A stretch of DNA of 64,000 nucleotides from NCBI RefSeq assembly GCF_003334335.1, contig NZ_QOWQ01000001.1; one strand, written 5' to 3'. The position numbers and the translations under genes are program-made. This DNA comes from Escherichia coli (GTDB taxonomy: Bacteria; Pseudomonadota; Gammaproteobacteria; Enterobacterales; Enterobacteriaceae). Position 1 is the first letter of the stretch, and the number at the start of each line of letters is the position of its first letter. Of this stretch, positions 34,581 through 48,186 are shown in pieces. The notes beneath the pieces are model-generated. The model saw only the letters and a program-made list of their open reading frames with translations, searched no databases and was not told the origin of the DNA.

Positions 34581-35999
34581 TCACACTTCCTCTATAAATT
34601 CAGGTTCAGTTTGCGGGTAGAAATAACGGTACTGATAATGAATCTGTGCGCGGGCTTCTTCCGGGCTGTTAAATTCCCCTACGCCATACCAACCGAACAG
34701 CGCAGCTCCTGCGACGGTCGTTTCGGCGTCGTCGAGAACTTTTACCGGAATATCAAGCATATTGGCTTTAATCTGATTCCACAATGTGTTGCGACTTCCT
34801 CCACCGACTAACAATAATTCAGAGGCCTTAAAGTGCCCGATTTTTTCCAGCATCTGTAGATTGCGCTGTAATTGCGCAGTTAACCCTTCCAGCGCCGCGC
34901 GATAGAAATGCCCCCGCGTGGTATTAAGCGTCACTCCTTGCCAGCCAGCGTTCTGACACGACAATAAATCACACTGCATTTTTACGCCATCCGCGCCAGG
35001 CGCGATCAGACGAGCTTCTTCAATCAACATTTGCCAGGGTGTTTCAGCCGTCCAGAACAGTTTTCTCACCCATTCCAGCACGCCGGATGCCAGCCATTGC
35101 ATACCTGGGTTATACAACCCTGCCTGGCTATCCAGTTCGCAGGTGGAACCGGCGTACTGACTTAACAGCGAAGTATCAACCTGGGCGCTGCGAACCATTA
35201 AAATTTCCCATGTACCGGAAGAGAGCACGGGTTCATTTTGTTCAGCACCAGCGCCAAAAAGGGCGAACTGGGTATCGTGACCTGCGGAAATCACCGGTAT
35301 GCCAACGGGTAAGCCGAGCATTGCTGCGGCGCTGTTCTGTAGCGTACCAATCTGTTCACCCGCTTCCACCAGACGAGGGAAGAGTCGGCGTGGAATACCG
35401 GTGGCTTGTAAAATTTGCGGACTGAAATCGCGTTGCTGGATATCCAGCATCTGGCTGGTTCCGGCCATCGTGATATCAGTAGTGAATTCGCCGGTTAAAC
35501 GGTGGTTAATCAGCGACGAAATAAAGAGCCAGGCGTGCGCGCGTTCCAGCAGTTGTGGATGATTTTCTTTCAACCACACCAACTTATATAACGTATTGAA
35601 ACTAAAGGCTCCGACGCCAGAAATAGCCTGCAACCGCTGTGCGGAGATTAACCGTTCAATATTGTCCATAACCGCTGCTGTTCGCGGACATTTCCAGCTA
35701 ATAATCGGATAGAGCAGATTGCCTTGCTTATCTACCAGAGCGCCATCCACACCAAAGGTGGTGACGGCGATACCGCGGATGTGGCATTCAGTCAGTTCAC
35801 TATTGATTTGCCGACAGCAATCAGCAAAGCGTTGCAAAATGGCGTCTAAAGACCACTGGTGCCAGGTGTTGTTTTCCATCGCGATATCGCTGGCATTAGG
35901 CGTTGAGGCGCGGGCAACAATTTTGCCCTGCCGATTAACCGCGATGGCCCTGACATTGGTCGCGCCACAGTCGAGTACCAGGATAACTTCTTGTTTCAT
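34581..35999 (-). CDS. fucK: L-fuculokinase FucK
   Basis: FGGY-family kinase; start placed at ATG 35997..35999 ([10 protein letters not shown]...); an upstream in-frame ATG at 36029 is an alternative. Confidence 0.9.
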
Positions 36000-36107
36000 A
36001 ATCGCTCCTGCAATATAGCCGGATAACATTGCTTATCCGGCTAACCACTCTTGCTTGTTCAGGCCCGGTAGCCGGAGCGACCGGGCATCACATCAGGGAG
36101 TAATGTA

Positions 36108-37883
36108 TTAACGCTTGTACAACGGACCGTAGTTCTGGCAAGCGCGGTAATCCTGGCCTTCAATATCCATGCCGTGCGCAGCCCAGGCAGAAGGACGATA
36201 CACTTTGGTCTCTTCAACGTTGTGCATACATACCGGGATACGCAGCATGGAGGCGAGAGTGATAAAGTCTGCGCCAACGTGGCCGATGGTCAGAACCCCA
36301 TGGTTAGCGCCCCAGTTCGCCATTACCGAGTACACATCCGTAAACGGCCCTTTACCGGTGAGGCGCGGTGCAAACCAGGTGGTTGGCCAGGTTGAGTTGG
36401 TGCGTTTGTTGAGGATGTCATGCACATCCTTCGGCAATTCCACGCTCCAGCCTTCCGCGATTTGCAGTACCGGTCCCAGGCCTTTGATGATGTTGACACG
36501 AGTCATGGTGAACGGGACGCCGCCTTCGGTAAGGAAGCGGGAAGAGTAACCGCCGCCACGGAAGTATTCGTGGATCGCCGGGCACCATTCGGTAGCGGCG
36601 AGGCAAGCGTCAGCCTCTTGCTGAGAGATTTCCCAGTGTGGCTTCATCGTCGGGTTACCTTCGCTGTCGCGTTGTTTACAGGAACCGTCCAGCGCAGCAG
36701 AACCGGAGTTGATCAAATGGATGATGCCGTGTTCTGCCAGTCCATCCAGTTTATGCCCCGTTACACGCTCAATTGCTTCTGGTGACCAGTAGGTACGCAC
36801 ATCGGCAAATACCTGAGCGGTGCCGGTGAGCTGGTGACCCATTAGCATTGCCACGCCGTTAAGACTGTCGTTTTCGGTCGCCACGACAAAGGGTTCGCGC
36901 ACGCCATTCCAGTCAAATGAACTGTTGAGGATCGCTTCGGCGGTGTCACCATTGGGATATTGATCGGTCCAGTGACGTTGCCCCTGGAAGCCCGCAGCGA
37001 TGGCGTTGTAGCCAAGTGATTCTTCCACGCGACCAATATCGGCCAGTTTGCTGTTGCCTTGCATCATGTCGCGGATACACATCGCCATCAGTAAACTTTC
37101 GCGCAGAACTGCGCGGCTTTGCTCGGCATTACGTTGATACTGTTTGTTATTTTCATCTTCGCCATAGCGGAAGTTTTTATCAGCCCAGGCCAGTGCCATT
37201 TCCAATTCGGCTTCGTCGTAAATCTTCTGATCGATACGGCGACGCAGTTCGGTCATATCCACCGCCTGGACTTTCATTCCCAGCCAGGATTCAAAGAAGT
37301 TGTGATCAACAATGGAACCGGCGATACCCATCGAAACGCCGCCCAGCGACAGATAGCTTTTACCTTTCATGCTGGCGACGGCCAAACCGGCGCGGGCAAA
37401 GCGCAGCAGTTTTTCTTCAACATCGGCAGGAATCGATGTGTCATCGGCATCCTGAACGTCATGACCGTAAATGGAGAATGCTGGGATGCCTTTCTGGCTG
37501 TGAGCTGCCAGAGCCGCTGCCAGGTAAACAGCGCCGGGGCGTTCAGTGCCGTTAAAGCCCCAAATGGCCTTCGGGCGGGTTGGATCCATGTCGATGGTTT
37601 CACTGCCATAGCACCAGCAAGGCGTTACCGTAATGGTGAGGCCTACATTCTGACTGCTGAATTTTTCTTCGCAAGCAGCGGCTTCAGCCATACCCGCGAT
37701 ACAGGTATCGGAAATGACACACTCGACGGCAGCTCCGCAGGCATGGCGCAGTTTCTCGGTCAGCAGTGCGGCCGTAGCTTTCGCCATATTCATTGTTTGT
37801 TCTTCAAGCGACTCACGAACACCCATGCGACGACCGTCAATAACCGGGCGGATACCAATTTTCGGTAAGCTGATTTTTTTCAT
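36108..37883 (-). CDS. fucI: L-fucose isomerase FucI
   Basis: 591-aa ORF. Confidence 0.95.
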   Translation of the reverse strand: MKKISLPKIGIRPVIDGRRMGVRESLEEQTMNMAKATAALLTEKLRHACGAAVECVISDTCIAGMAEAAACEEKFSSQNVGLTITVTPCWCYGSETIDMDPTRPKAIWGFNGTERPGAVYLAAALAAHSQKGIPAFSIYGHDVQDADDTSIPADVEEKLLRFARAGLAVASMKGKSYLSLGGVSMGIAGSIVDHNFFESWLGMKVQAVDMTELRRRIDQKIYDEAELEMALAWADKNFRYGEDENNKQYQRNAEQSRAVLRESLLMAMCIRDMMQGNSKLADIGRVEESLGYNAIAAGFQGQRHWTDQYPNGDTAEAILNSSFDWNGVREPFVVATENDSLNGVAMLMGHQLTGTAQVFADVRTYWSPEAIERVTGHKLDGLAEHGIIHLINSGSAALDGSCKQRDSEGNPTMKPHWEISQQEADACLAATEWCPAIHEYFRGGGYSSRFLTEGGVPFTMTRVNIIKGLGPVLQIAEGWSVELPKDVHDILNKRTNSTWPTTWFAPRLTGKGPFTDVYSVMANWGANHGVLTIGHVGADFITLASMLRIPVCMHNVEETKVYRPSAWAAHGMDIEGQDYRACQNYGPLYKR

Positions 37884-37915
37884 TACAGATTCCTCACTTT
37901 ATTCGGAAAATATGT

Positions 37916-39232
37916 TCAGTTAGTTGCCGTTTGAGAACGGAAACGGGCAAAGATAAAGATGACCGCGAAGCAGAGTGCGGGGATCAGTTCAGCAGTGGGG
38001 ATGTTGCCCGCCGCGTCACTGACAAAACCCATGACCGGAGTGACAATACCGCCGCCAATAATGGTCATAACGATGAAGGACGAACCATATTTGGTGTCCT
38101 GGCCGAGATTCTTAATGCCCAGCGAGAAGATTGTTGGGTACTGAATCGACATAAAGGCGCTGCATAAAGTCAGGGCTATTAAGCCCACATGACCGCCAGC
38201 GAAGGCTGAGATCAGGCACAGTGCCATAGCGATTAATGCGTAGGCGGCCAGGACTTTGTGTGGTGCGAAGCGACTGATGAGCCAGGTACCGGTGAAACGA
38301 CCAATAAAGAAGCACACCATGGTTCCGGTTAAATAGTTAGCGGCAAAGCCTGCAGTCATACCTGGAATTTCTTCTACAGCGTAGCGAATCAAATAGCTCC
38401 AGCAGGCCGTTTGTGCGCCGACATAGCAGAATTGCGCTAATACCGCCCAGCGCCAGTGGCGAATACGCGCCAGGCGAGAAAGCGATGCGGAGAACGATCC
38501 TTGTTTGGCGTCACTGTGATTATCACTCTGCAATGCCGGGAATTTCGTCAGCATGATCAGCAGGGCGACCAGTAACACGATAGCCACGATGATCATATAA
38601 GGTGTCTGTACCGATAATACCAGGCTGTGTTTATACGCACTCAATTGCTCTGGAGACATTTTATCGAGAACGTCTTGCGATTGATGTGGCACGTTAGACA
38701 AAATAAGACTTTGCCCAAAGACAACCGCGATAATTGCGCCAAACGAGTTAAATGTTTGCGCAAGATTTAAGCGGAAGTGACCACTACTTTCCGGCCCTAA
38801 TACCGTAACAAAAGGGTTTGCGGCAGTTTCCAGACAACCTAATCCGGCTGCAATAATAAATAGGCCAACTAAAAATAAGGTGTAGTTCATTATTTCTGCG
38901 GCGGGCCAGAATAATGCAGCACCCAAGGCATATAAAAATAACCCGGTAATAATCCCTGCTTTATAACTGAGTTTTTTCATCAATATCCCAGCAGGGATTG
39001 GGATAATGAAATAACCAAAGTAAAAGGCCGATTGGATCAGGCCAGCCTGGAAATTTGTCAGCGTAAAAGCCTGCTGGAATTGAGGTAATAAAATGTCGTT
39101 AAGGTTATTGGCTACCGCCCAAAGAAAAAACAGTGAGCACAGCAGCGCGAATGGAATAATGTAACTTCTGCTTTGCCCTGCATCTTTATCTACCGCACGG
39201 TAACTCTGCGTTTGTATTGATGTGTTTCCCAT
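37916..39232 (-). CDS. fucP: L-fucose:H+ symporter FucP (MFS)
   Basis: 438-aa multi-pass ORF. Confidence 0.95.
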   Translation of the reverse strand: MGNTSIQTQSYRAVDKDAGQSRSYIIPFALLCSLFFLWAVANNLNDILLPQFQQAFTLTNFQAGLIQSAFYFGYFIIPIPAGILMKKLSYKAGIITGLFLYALGAALFWPAAEIMNYTLFLVGLFIIAAGLGCLETAANPFVTVLGPESSGHFRLNLAQTFNSFGAIIAVVFGQSLILSNVPHQSQDVLDKMSPEQLSAYKHSLVLSVQTPYMIIVAIVLLVALLIMLTKFPALQSDNHSDAKQGSFSASLSRLARIRHWRWAVLAQFCYVGAQTACWSYLIRYAVEEIPGMTAGFAANYLTGTMVCFFIGRFTGTWLISRFAPHKVLAAYALIAMALCLISAFAGGHVGLIALTLCSAFMSIQYPTIFSLGIKNLGQDTKYGSSFIVMTIIGGGIVTPVMGFVSDAAGNIPTAELIPALCFAVIFIFARFRSQTATN

Positions 39233-39778
39233 AGCATCCTCTTAGGTTCAGAAGCTTAAGCACGTAATCGGTTATGTTTTCAAAAGTGCAAAACCAGCGA
39301 GTTCGGGCTTCATATCAGTGAATATTTGCCTGTCTGAAATGAACTCATGGATTCATTTTCAAATAAAAAACGCTCTGTAATATGACGGCGGTCACACTTA
39401 TTAGCTAGAAGGTGACTTTATGTGACTACCATCACTTTAATAATCGAAATTTCATGCCCGTTTCAGAAAATAAATCATAAAAAACACAAATCAGATGACC
39501 GTATTAATTGTTTGTGCCGAAAACGGTCATTCCGGGCTTGGAGGAATAGAAAAATGACCGTTTTGATAAATATTTTTAAGAGCGGTCATTTTTAATGGGG
39601 TTATAAAAAGAGAACTTGCAGTTATTTACTGTGATTAGTTGAACCAGGTCACAAAATATAAGCTTGTGAATTTCTTTCTTGTTAATCAGGAAGAAGATGG
39701 TGGGTAATTAAACGGCTAATTCAATAGTGTGAAAGGAACAACATTATTGCCCTGTTTTGAATCAGAGAGAGGTAGCTA
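39233..39778. promoter_or_regulatory. Divergent fucPIKUR / fucAO control region
   Basis: 546-bp AT-rich spacer; inverted-repeat pairs ATGACCGT...ACGGTCAT at 39495..39530 and 39554..39589, related motif at 39382..39395, CRP-like TGTGA-N6-TCACT at 39421..39436. Confidence 0.6.
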
Positions 39779-40426
39779 ATGGAACGAAATAAACTTGCTC
39801 GTCAGATTATTGACACTTGCCTGGAAATGACCCGCCTGGGACTGAACCAGGGGACAGCGGGGAACGTCAGTGTACGTTATCAGGATGGGATGCTGATTAC
39901 GCCTACAGGCATTCCATATGAAAAACTGACGGAGTCGCATATTGTCTTTATTGATGGCAACGGTAAACATGAGGAAGGAAAGCTCCCCTCAAGCGAATGG
40001 CGTTTCCATATGGCAGCCTATCAAAGCAGACCGGATGCCAACGCGGTTGTTCACAATCATGCCGTTCATTGCACGGCAGTTTCCATTCTTAACCGATCGA
40101 TCCCCGCTATTCACTACATGATTGCGGCGGCTGGCGGTAATTCTATTCCTTGCGCGCCTTATGCGACCTTTGGAACACGCGAACTTTCTGAACATGTTGC
40201 GCTGGCTCTCAAAAATCGTAAGGCAACTTTGTTACAACATCATGGGCTTATCGCTTGTGAGGTGAATCTGGAAAAAGCGTTATGGCTGGCGCATGAAGTT
40301 GAAGTGCTGGCGCAACTTTACCTGACGACCCTGGCGATTACGGACCCGGTGCCAGTGCTGAGCGATGAAGAGATTGCCGTAGTGCTGGAGAAATTCAAAA
40401 CCTATGGGTTACGAATTGAAGAGTAA
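39779..40426 (+). CDS. fucA: L-fuculose-phosphate aldolase FucA
   Basis: 215-aa class II aldolase ORF. Confidence 0.95.
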   Translation: MERNKLARQIIDTCLEMTRLGLNQGTAGNVSVRYQDGMLITPTGIPYEKLTESHIVFIDGNGKHEEGKLPSSEWRFHMAAYQSRPDANAVVHNHAVHCTAVSILNRSIPAIHYMIAAAGGNSIPCAPYATFGTRELSEHVALALKNRKATLLQHHGLIACEVNLEKALWLAHEVEVLAQLYLTTLAITDPVPVLSDEEIAVVLEKFKTYGLRIEE

Positions 40427-40453
40427 TTTCGTAAAGCAACAAGGAGAAGGATG

Positions 40454-41602
40454 ATGGCTAACAGAATGATTCTGAACGAAACGGCATGGTTTGGTCGGGG
40501 TGCTGTTGGGGCTTTAACCGATGAGGTGAAACGCCGTGGTTATCAGAAGGCGCTGATCGTCACCGATAAAACGCTGGTGCAATGCGGCGTGGTGGCGAAA
40601 GTGACCGATAAGATGGATGCTGCAGGGCTGGCATGGGCGATTTACGACGGCGTAGTGCCCAACCCAACAATTACTGTCGTCAAAGAAGGGCTCGGTGTAT
40701 TCCAGAATAGCGGCGCGGATTACCTGATCGCTATTGGTGGTGGTTCTCCACAGGATACTTGTAAAGCGATTGGCATTATCAGCAACAACCCGGAGTTTGC
40801 CGATGTGCGTAGCCTGGAAGGGCTTTCCCCGACCAATAAACCCAGTGTACCGATTCTGGCAATTCCTACCACAGCAGGTACTGCGGCAGAAGTGACCATT
40901 AACTACGTGATCACTGACGAAGAGAAACGGCGCAAGTTTGTTTGCGTTGATCCGCATGATATCCCGCAGGTGGCGTTTATTGACGCTGACATGATGGATG
41001 GTATGCCTCCAGCGCTGAAAGCTGCGACGGGTGTCGATGCGCTCACTCATGCTATTGAGGGGTATATTACCCGTGGCGCGTGGGCGCTAACCGATGCACT
41101 GCACATTAAAGCGATTGAAATCATTGCTGGGGCGCTGCGAGGATCGGTTGCTGGTGATAAGGATGCCGGAGAAGAAATGGCGCTCGGGCAGTATGTTGCG
41201 GGTATGGGCTTCTCGAATGTTGGGTTAGGGTTGGTGCATGGTATGGCGCATCCACTGGGCGCGTTTTATAACACTCCACACGGTGTTGCGAACGCCATCC
41301 TGTTACCGCATGTCATGCGTTATAACGCTGACTTTACCGGTGAGAAGTACCGCGATATCGCGCGCGTTATGGGCGTGAAAGTGGAAGGTATGAGCCTGGA
41401 AGAGGCGCGTAATGCCGCTGTTGAAGCGGTGTTTGCTCTCAACCGTGATGTCGGTATTCCGCCACATTTGCGTGATGTTGGTGTACGCAAGGAAGACATT
41501 CCGGCACTGGCGCAGGCGGCACTGGATGATGTTTGTACCGGTGGCAACCCGCGTGAAGCAACGCTTGAGGATATTGTAGAGCTTTACCATACCGCCTGGT
41601 AA
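40454..41602 (+). CDS. fucO: L-1,2-propanediol oxidoreductase (lactaldehyde reductase) FucO
   Basis: Iron-containing alcohol dehydrogenase family; two adjacent ATGs at 40451 and 40454. Confidence 0.9.
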   Translation: MANRMILNETAWFGRGAVGALTDEVKRRGYQKALIVTDKTLVQCGVVAKVTDKMDAAGLAWAIYDGVVPNPTITVVKEGLGVFQNSGADYLIAIGGGSPQDTCKAIGIISNNPEFADVRSLEGLSPTNKPSVPILAIPTTAGTAAEVTINYVITDEEKRRKFVCVDPHDIPQVAFIDADMMDGMPPALKAATGVDALTHAIEGYITRGAWALTDALHIKAIEIIAGALRGSVAGDKDAGEEMALGQYVAGMGFSNVGLGLVHGMAHPLGAFYNTPHGVANAILLPHVMRYNADFTGEKYRDIARVMGVKVEGMSLEEARNAAVEAVFALNRDVGIPPHLRDVGVRKEDIPALAQAALDDVCTGGNPREATLEDIVELYHTAW

Positions 41603-41656
41603 ATGCGCTGATGTGATAATGCCGGATACGACGTTTGCGGCGTATCCGGCTCGCCG

Positions 41657-42523
<867 letters not shown>

Positions 42524-43891
42524 TTAATCGCAGGCAACGATCTTCATTGCCAGGCCGCCGCGAGAGGTTTCGCGGTACTTGGCGTTCATATCTTTACCTG
42601 TTTCGTACATGGTTTCGATAACTTTATCGAGGCAGACGCGCGGCTCGCTGGTACGGCGCAGCGCCATACGTGCGGCGTTCACCGCTTTTACTGCCGCAAT
42701 GGCGTTACGCTCGATGCATGGCACCTGTACCTGTCCGGCGACCGGGTCACACGTCAGACCGAGGTTGTGCTCCATGGCGATTTCCGCCGCGATGCACACC
42801 TGCGCCGGGCTTGCGCCTAATAGTTCTGCCAGACCAGCCGCCGCCATTGAGCACGCCACGCCAACTTCACCCTGGCAACCCACTTCAGCACCAGAAATCG
42901 ACGCGTTCATCTTATAAAGAGAACCAATGGCGCTGGCTACCAGCAGGTAACGAGCCAGTGAGTTAGCGTTCACTTCGCGGATAAACTTGTCGTAGTACGC
43001 CAGAACTGCCGGGATAATCCCGCACGCACCGTTAGTCGGCGCAGTCACCACGCGACCGCCAGCAGCGTTCTCTTCGTTCACTGCCAGTGCAAACATGTTG
43101 ATCCAGTCAACAACCGCCATCGGGTCAGTGGTGGTTTTATCCTGGCTGACCAGCATCCGGCGTAGTGCCGCAGCACGGCGTGGAACGCGCAGTTTGCCAG
43201 GCAACACGCCTTCGGTGGAAATACCGCGCTCAATACCGCCGCGCATGACTTCCCAGACGTTCGCCAGGTGCTGTTCCAGCTCTTCTTTGCTGTGCAGCGC
43301 CAGCTCGTTTTTCATCATCAGGCCAGAGAGTGACAGCCCGGTTTCCTGACAATGTTTTTGCAGATCGGCTGCTGAACTGTACGGATAAGGAACTTCAACC
43401 GGTGCGCTATCCTGCTGGCCAAAATGCTCTTCATCAACGATAAAGCCACCGCCAATAGAGTAGTAAGTCTGGCTGTAAACGACTTTATCGCCCGCCAGTG
43501 CGGTAATGCGCATACCGTTTTCATGCAGAGAAAGGTTGTCGGCGTGGAAGTTCATGCACTGATCAACCGGGAACTCCACTTCATGCTGACCGTTTGCCAG
43601 CATCAGGCGACCATGAGTATTCACATCCTGAATAAAACTGGGGATGGAATCGATATCCACGGTATCCGGCAGGTTACCCGCCAGGCCCATAATAATGGCG
43701 ATATCAGTGTGGTGGCCTTTACCGGTCAGAGAGAGCGAGCCGTACACGTCAACCACCACGCGGGTCACGTCTTTAAGCAGGTTACGGGCAATCAGATCGT
43801 CGGTAAATTGTTTACCCGCTTTCATTGGTCCAACGGTATGAGAACTGGAAGGGCCAATGCCGATTTTGAAAATATCGAATACGCTAATCAT
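42524..43891 (-). CDS. sdaB: L-serine dehydratase 2 (SdaB)
   Basis: 455-aa ORF downstream of sdaC. Confidence 0.95.
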   Translation of the reverse strand: MISVFDIFKIGIGPSSSHTVGPMKAGKQFTDDLIARNLLKDVTRVVVDVYGSLSLTGKGHHTDIAIIMGLAGNLPDTVDIDSIPSFIQDVNTHGRLMLANGQHEVEFPVDQCMNFHADNLSLHENGMRITALAGDKVVYSQTYYSIGGGFIVDEEHFGQQDSAPVEVPYPYSSAADLQKHCQETGLSLSGLMMKNELALHSKEELEQHLANVWEVMRGGIERGISTEGVLPGKLRVPRRAAALRRMLVSQDKTTTDPMAVVDWINMFALAVNEENAAGGRVVTAPTNGACGIIPAVLAYYDKFIREVNANSLARYLLVASAIGSLYKMNASISGAEVGCQGEVGVACSMAAAGLAELLGASPAQVCIAAEIAMEHNLGLTCDPVAGQVQVPCIERNAIAAVKAVNAARMALRRTSEPRVCLDKVIETMYETGKDMNAKYRETSRGGLAMKIVACD

Positions 43892-43948
43892 AGGAAATAC
43901 ATCGCGTTAAAACGGAGGAAGCGCCGCCCGAAAGCGGCGCGAAAGGAC

Positions 43949-45238
43949 TTAGCTGAACAGAGAGTAGAAGATTGCGGAGATTGCAATCAGACCCATCACG
44001 ACAACGAATACGTTGCTGATGTGACCGCTGTACTTACGCATTGCCGGTACTTTCTGAATTGCGTACATCGGCATCAGGAACAGGATCATCGCGATGATTG
44101 GACCGCCCAGGGTTTCAATCATACCCAGGATGCTCGGGTTCAGGGTGGCAACAATCCAGGTCGTTACCAGCATGAACAGCGCAGTGATACGGTTCAGCTT
44201 GTTGATTTCGATAGACTTACCTTTACCACGCAGAGATTTAATCACCATACCGTTGAAGCCTTCACGTGCGCCCAGGTAGTGACCGAGGAAGGATTTGGTG
44301 ATAGCGATAATCGCGATAATCGGAGCCATCCACGCGATAACCGGTGCGTTAAAGTGGTTAGCCAGGTAAGACAGAATCGAGATGTTCTGCTCTTTAGCCG
44401 CAGCCAGGTCTGCCGGAGTCAGGCTCAGTACACAGCTGAAGACGAAGAACATTACGGTCAGCACCATCATGATGTGTGCGAATGCCAGGATCTTCGAGCA
44501 TTTCTGTTCTGCCATATCGCCGTACTCTTCACGCTTCGCAACGGCGAAAGAAGAGATGATCGGAGAGTGGTTGAACGAGAACACCATTACCGGAATTGCC
44601 AGCCACAGGGTCATCCACAGACCGTTTCCGGTTGCAGATGCAGTGTCCAGAGACAGCGTTTCCAGTGCAGCGCCGTTCCACTGCGGGATCAGGTACAGAG
44701 CCAGCAGCATCAGTACGCCAACAAACGGGAATACCAGAATACTCATCGCTTTAACGATCATCTGCTCACCGAAGCGAACGATGGTCATCATACCCACGAT
44801 CAGGATCAGCGACAGAATCGCACGCGGCGGTGGCGTCATACCCAGCTGGTGAGACATGAAGCTTTCAACGGTATTGGTGATTGCCACGCTATAAACCAGC
44901 AGGATCGGGTAGATAGCGAAGAAGTAGAGCAGGGTAATCAGTTTACCTGCGCCAATACCAAAGTGTTCTTCTACAACCTCGGTGATGTCTTCGCCCGGGT
45001 TTTTACCAGACAGTACGAAGCGAGTCAGGCCGCGGTGAGCAAAAAACGTCATCGGGAACGCAAGGATAGCCATGATGATCAGCGGGATCATACCGCCAAC
45101 ACCGGCGTTGATTGGCAGGAACAGCACGCCCGCGCCGATTGCCGTGCCGTAAAGGCCCAGCATCCACATGGTGTCTGTCTTGCGCCAGGCACTACGAGAG
45201 TCTTTCGACGCAATCGTGCTGGTTTGAGTCGTTTCCAT
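43949..45238 (-). CDS. sdaC: Serine:H+ transporter SdaC
   Basis: 429-aa multi-pass ORF with a long AT-rich upstream region. Confidence 0.95.
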   Translation of the reverse strand: METTQTSTIASKDSRSAWRKTDTMWMLGLYGTAIGAGVLFLPINAGVGGMIPLIIMAILAFPMTFFAHRGLTRFVLSGKNPGEDITEVVEEHFGIGAGKLITLLYFFAIYPILLVYSVAITNTVESFMSHQLGMTPPPRAILSLILIVGMMTIVRFGEQMIVKAMSILVFPFVGVLMLLALYLIPQWNGAALETLSLDTASATGNGLWMTLWLAIPVMVFSFNHSPIISSFAVAKREEYGDMAEQKCSKILAFAHIMMVLTVMFFVFSCVLSLTPADLAAAKEQNISILSYLANHFNAPVIAWMAPIIAIIAITKSFLGHYLGAREGFNGMVIKSLRGKGKSIEINKLNRITALFMLVTTWIVATLNPSILGMIETLGGPIIAMILFLMPMYAIQKVPAMRKYSGHISNVFVVVMGLIAISAIFYSLFS

Positions 45239-45794
45239 CTATTTCTCCTGGAGGAATGCAAATAATTCAGCTTTTAGCCAGTTCAGCCCGGGAAGGTGCC
45301 TGACCGTAAAAATGAAATCTGTCTATCGGCGATGGCTTAATCATTTACCGCCGTAATAATTTGAGGGCGGAAAGATACACACAAGTTATGTATCTATCAG
45401 TGATCTTGATCTCAAATACAATAATCTACTTGGAAGATAGATTATCCCAACGCTTTACTCTGTAAATCAAAAGTAAAAGAGAATTTAAGGGCAATATTTG
45501 CCCATTAAACGACATCTGACTTCTTCCGGGGCGCGCAATATATGTAGGTTGAACTGAAAAAATCAATACTTTTAGTTAATCATGGTGATAATTTCTTTTT
45601 CATAGCGATAAAATACGGTTTATGAAAATAGGGAAACGTTTGCGTTGCAACATAAATTGTATGACATATTAACTGTGATGATATTTGTCGCGTGAGGGTG
45701 GTAAGAAACATTCATATAACAAATGAAATGAGTTGATGAGTAAGTGACCAAAAACGAGAAAACCCGGCAACAAACGTCACCGGGGGAGCGGAGA

Positions 45795-47159
45795 TTACGT
45801 GCAGATTTCGTAGCAAGGGATGTAGGCTGAGCCTGGCAACTTCATACGATGCTGGGCAACAAAACCCTGTAGCAGGTCGTCCATACGACGCATAATCTCT
45901 TTATCGCCGTTGATTTTGTAAGGACCAAACTCTTCAATGGCGCGAATACCGACTTCTTTTACGTTACCCGCCACAATACCGGAGAACGCACGGCGCAGGT
46001 CGGCAGCCAGCACTTCAACAGGTTGATCCGGGTAAAGCTTCAGATTAGCCATATTCTCGTGAGACGGCTCAAACGGCATTTGCAAATCTGGCGCAATGCG
46101 CATTGACCAGTTAAAGCTGTAGGCATCGCCTGTATCACGGCGATTTTCTTTCACCAGCGGCATCGATTTTTTCATCTGACGAGCGACTTCAGCTGCGTCA
46201 TCAATGATGATGCGGTAATGGCGGCGCGCGTTTTCACCCAGCGTATGCACGACAAACTCGTCCAGTACGCGGAAGTAGTCGGCGCTCTCTTTCGGGCCGG
46301 TGAGGATCAATGGTAAAACCTGATCTTTGTTGGCCGGGTTCATTAAAATTCCCAGCAAATAGAGCAACTCTTCTGCCGTACCCACACCGCCAGGGAAGAT
46401 AATGATACCGTGAGCGATACGGACAAACGCTTCCAGACGTTTTTCGATATCTGGCATGATGATCAATTCGTTGACCAGCGGGTTAGGCGGTTCAGCGGCG
46501 ATAATCGACGGCTCTGTCATACCAATAAAACGACTGTCTTTGTAACGCTGCTGCGCGTGTCCGACCGCAGCACCTTTCATCGGCGCTTCCATCGCTCCCG
46601 GACCACAGCCGGTGCAGATATTCAGCTCACGCAGGCCCAGCTGGTTTCCGACGCGACGGGCATACAAATACTCGTTTTCGTTAATTGAGTGACCGCCCCA
46701 GCAGACCACCATATTTGGCGCTTCACCCACATGCAGCGCGCGAGCGTTACGCAAGATGGAAAAGACCAGGTTAGTGATGTGGACGGAGTTGTCGAGATTC
46801 AGGTTGGGAAAACGAACGGTGTTATGGATTTGCCCGTAAACGAAGAGAATGTCACGCAGGACCGCGAACAAGTTGGCCTGCAAAGCGCGAATAATTCGCC
46901 CATCGACAAAAGCCTCTTCCGGGGGATTAATCAGTTCCAGCTTTACGCCGCGTTCACGGCGCAAGACGTTAATATCGAAATTTTCAAAACGAGACAGCAA
47001 TTCTTTGCTGTTATCGGTCAAACTACCGGAGTTCAGTACGGCAAGTGAACAGTTGCGAAACAGTTGATAGAGGTCGCTGCTGGCGGTGCGTTTAAGCATA
47101 TCCACTTCCAGCTGCGACAACATATCCATGGAGCCAAGCGGGCTAATATGTGTAATCAA
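45795..47159 (-). CDS. ppnN: Nucleotide 5'-monophosphate nucleosidase PpnN (YgdH)
   Basis: 454-aa LOG-family ORF. Confidence 0.9.
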
Positions 47160-47270
47160 GAAAAACTCCTTATGGGACGAATATCGTCATTCCCTTTGAT
47201 TACAATAGCCCTGCCTGATGACCTTTCACAACCTTCTGCGTGAATCCAGCACGCAAAATTGAGAAAAAAT

Positions 47271-48119
47271 TTATTGCCGAACCAGTCTTGTGGTCGATGG
47301 GACAAAATCGCTATTACTGCGCCACGGGTTAATGTCCAGACCGCCACGACGGGTATAACGTGCGTAAACGCTCAATTTTTCTGGCTGGCAGAAGCGTAAC
47401 AGGTCATTAAAGATGCGTTCCACGCACTGTTCGTGGAACTCGTTGTGATGACGGAATGAGACCAGGTAACGCAGCAGTTTTTCTCTGTCAATTTGGCGTC
47501 CACGATACTGAATTTGGAGCGAACCCCAATCTGGTTGATGGGTGATCAGGCAGTTTGATTTCAGCAGGTGGCTGACAAGCGTCTCTTCCACTACTTTTTC
47601 ACCACAGGTGGCATTCTCCAGATAGTCAGTAGTGAATTCATAGTTATCGATAGTGATATCCTGGTCATCAATGCAAGTGCCATTAAAATGACCTATCGGC
47701 TGGCCTTCCAGTTCATCAAGACGATATAACGCCACGCTAATCTTACCCTGAGCGCAAGTGCTTAAGTCGCGCTCCAGCGTCTGGCGCACCTCATCCCAGT
47801 TATTAAAACGCGTCTGGTTAAAACTGTTGAGATAGAGCTTAAAACTCTTCGACTCAATCAGATTTACGCTGGTGTAATCAAGTTCAACATGACCGACAGC
47901 GACCTGCGGCAAACCTTTCGCATTCAGCCAGGAAAGTTCATACAGCGTCCAGATATCCGTACCGTGAAAAGGCAGGTTATCCGCTTTCAGACCCAGCGGG
48001 TCGCGATTCAGGCTGCGTGGAACGCCTTGCAGTAGGCTGGCGTCATAGGTATCCCGGTAATCGGTTGATTTTCCAAGAGTCAGGCCCGCAAGTGCCTGAT
48101 GGTTTGCATAAGAAGACAT
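47271..48119 (-). CDS. queF: NADPH-dependent 7-cyano-7-deazaguanine reductase QueF
   Basis: 282-aa ORF divergent from syd. Confidence 0.9.
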   Translation of the reverse strand: MSSYANHQALAGLTLGKSTDYRDTYDASLLQGVPRSLNRDPLGLKADNLPFHGTDIWTLYELSWLNAKGLPQVAVGHVELDYTSVNLIESKSFKLYLNSFNQTRFNNWDEVRQTLERDLSTCAQGKISVALYRLDELEGQPIGHFNGTCIDDQDITIDNYEFTTDYLENATCGEKVVEETLVSHLLKSNCLITHQPDWGSLQIQYRGRQIDREKLLRYLVSFRHHNEFHEQCVERIFNDLLRFCQPEKLSVYARYTRRGGLDINPWRSNSDFVPSTTRLVRQ

Positions 48120-48186
48120 GTTTCACCGTCATAAACCAGATAAACTAAACGACAAGTGTATCTGGTTTAAGTGAAGAGAGAAATTA

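Noticed and set aside
37016-37868. Overlapping 179-aa and 249-aa plus-strand ORFs
   Set aside because: Both lie wholly antisense within fucI and have low-complexity composition; treated as frame artefacts.
43424-45265. 613-aa ORF on the plus strand spanning sdaB and sdaC
   Set aside because: Entirely antisense to two well-supported genes, low-complexity composition rich in R, H, Q and D, no plausible RBS context; typical of a stop-free antisense frame opposite codon-biased genes.
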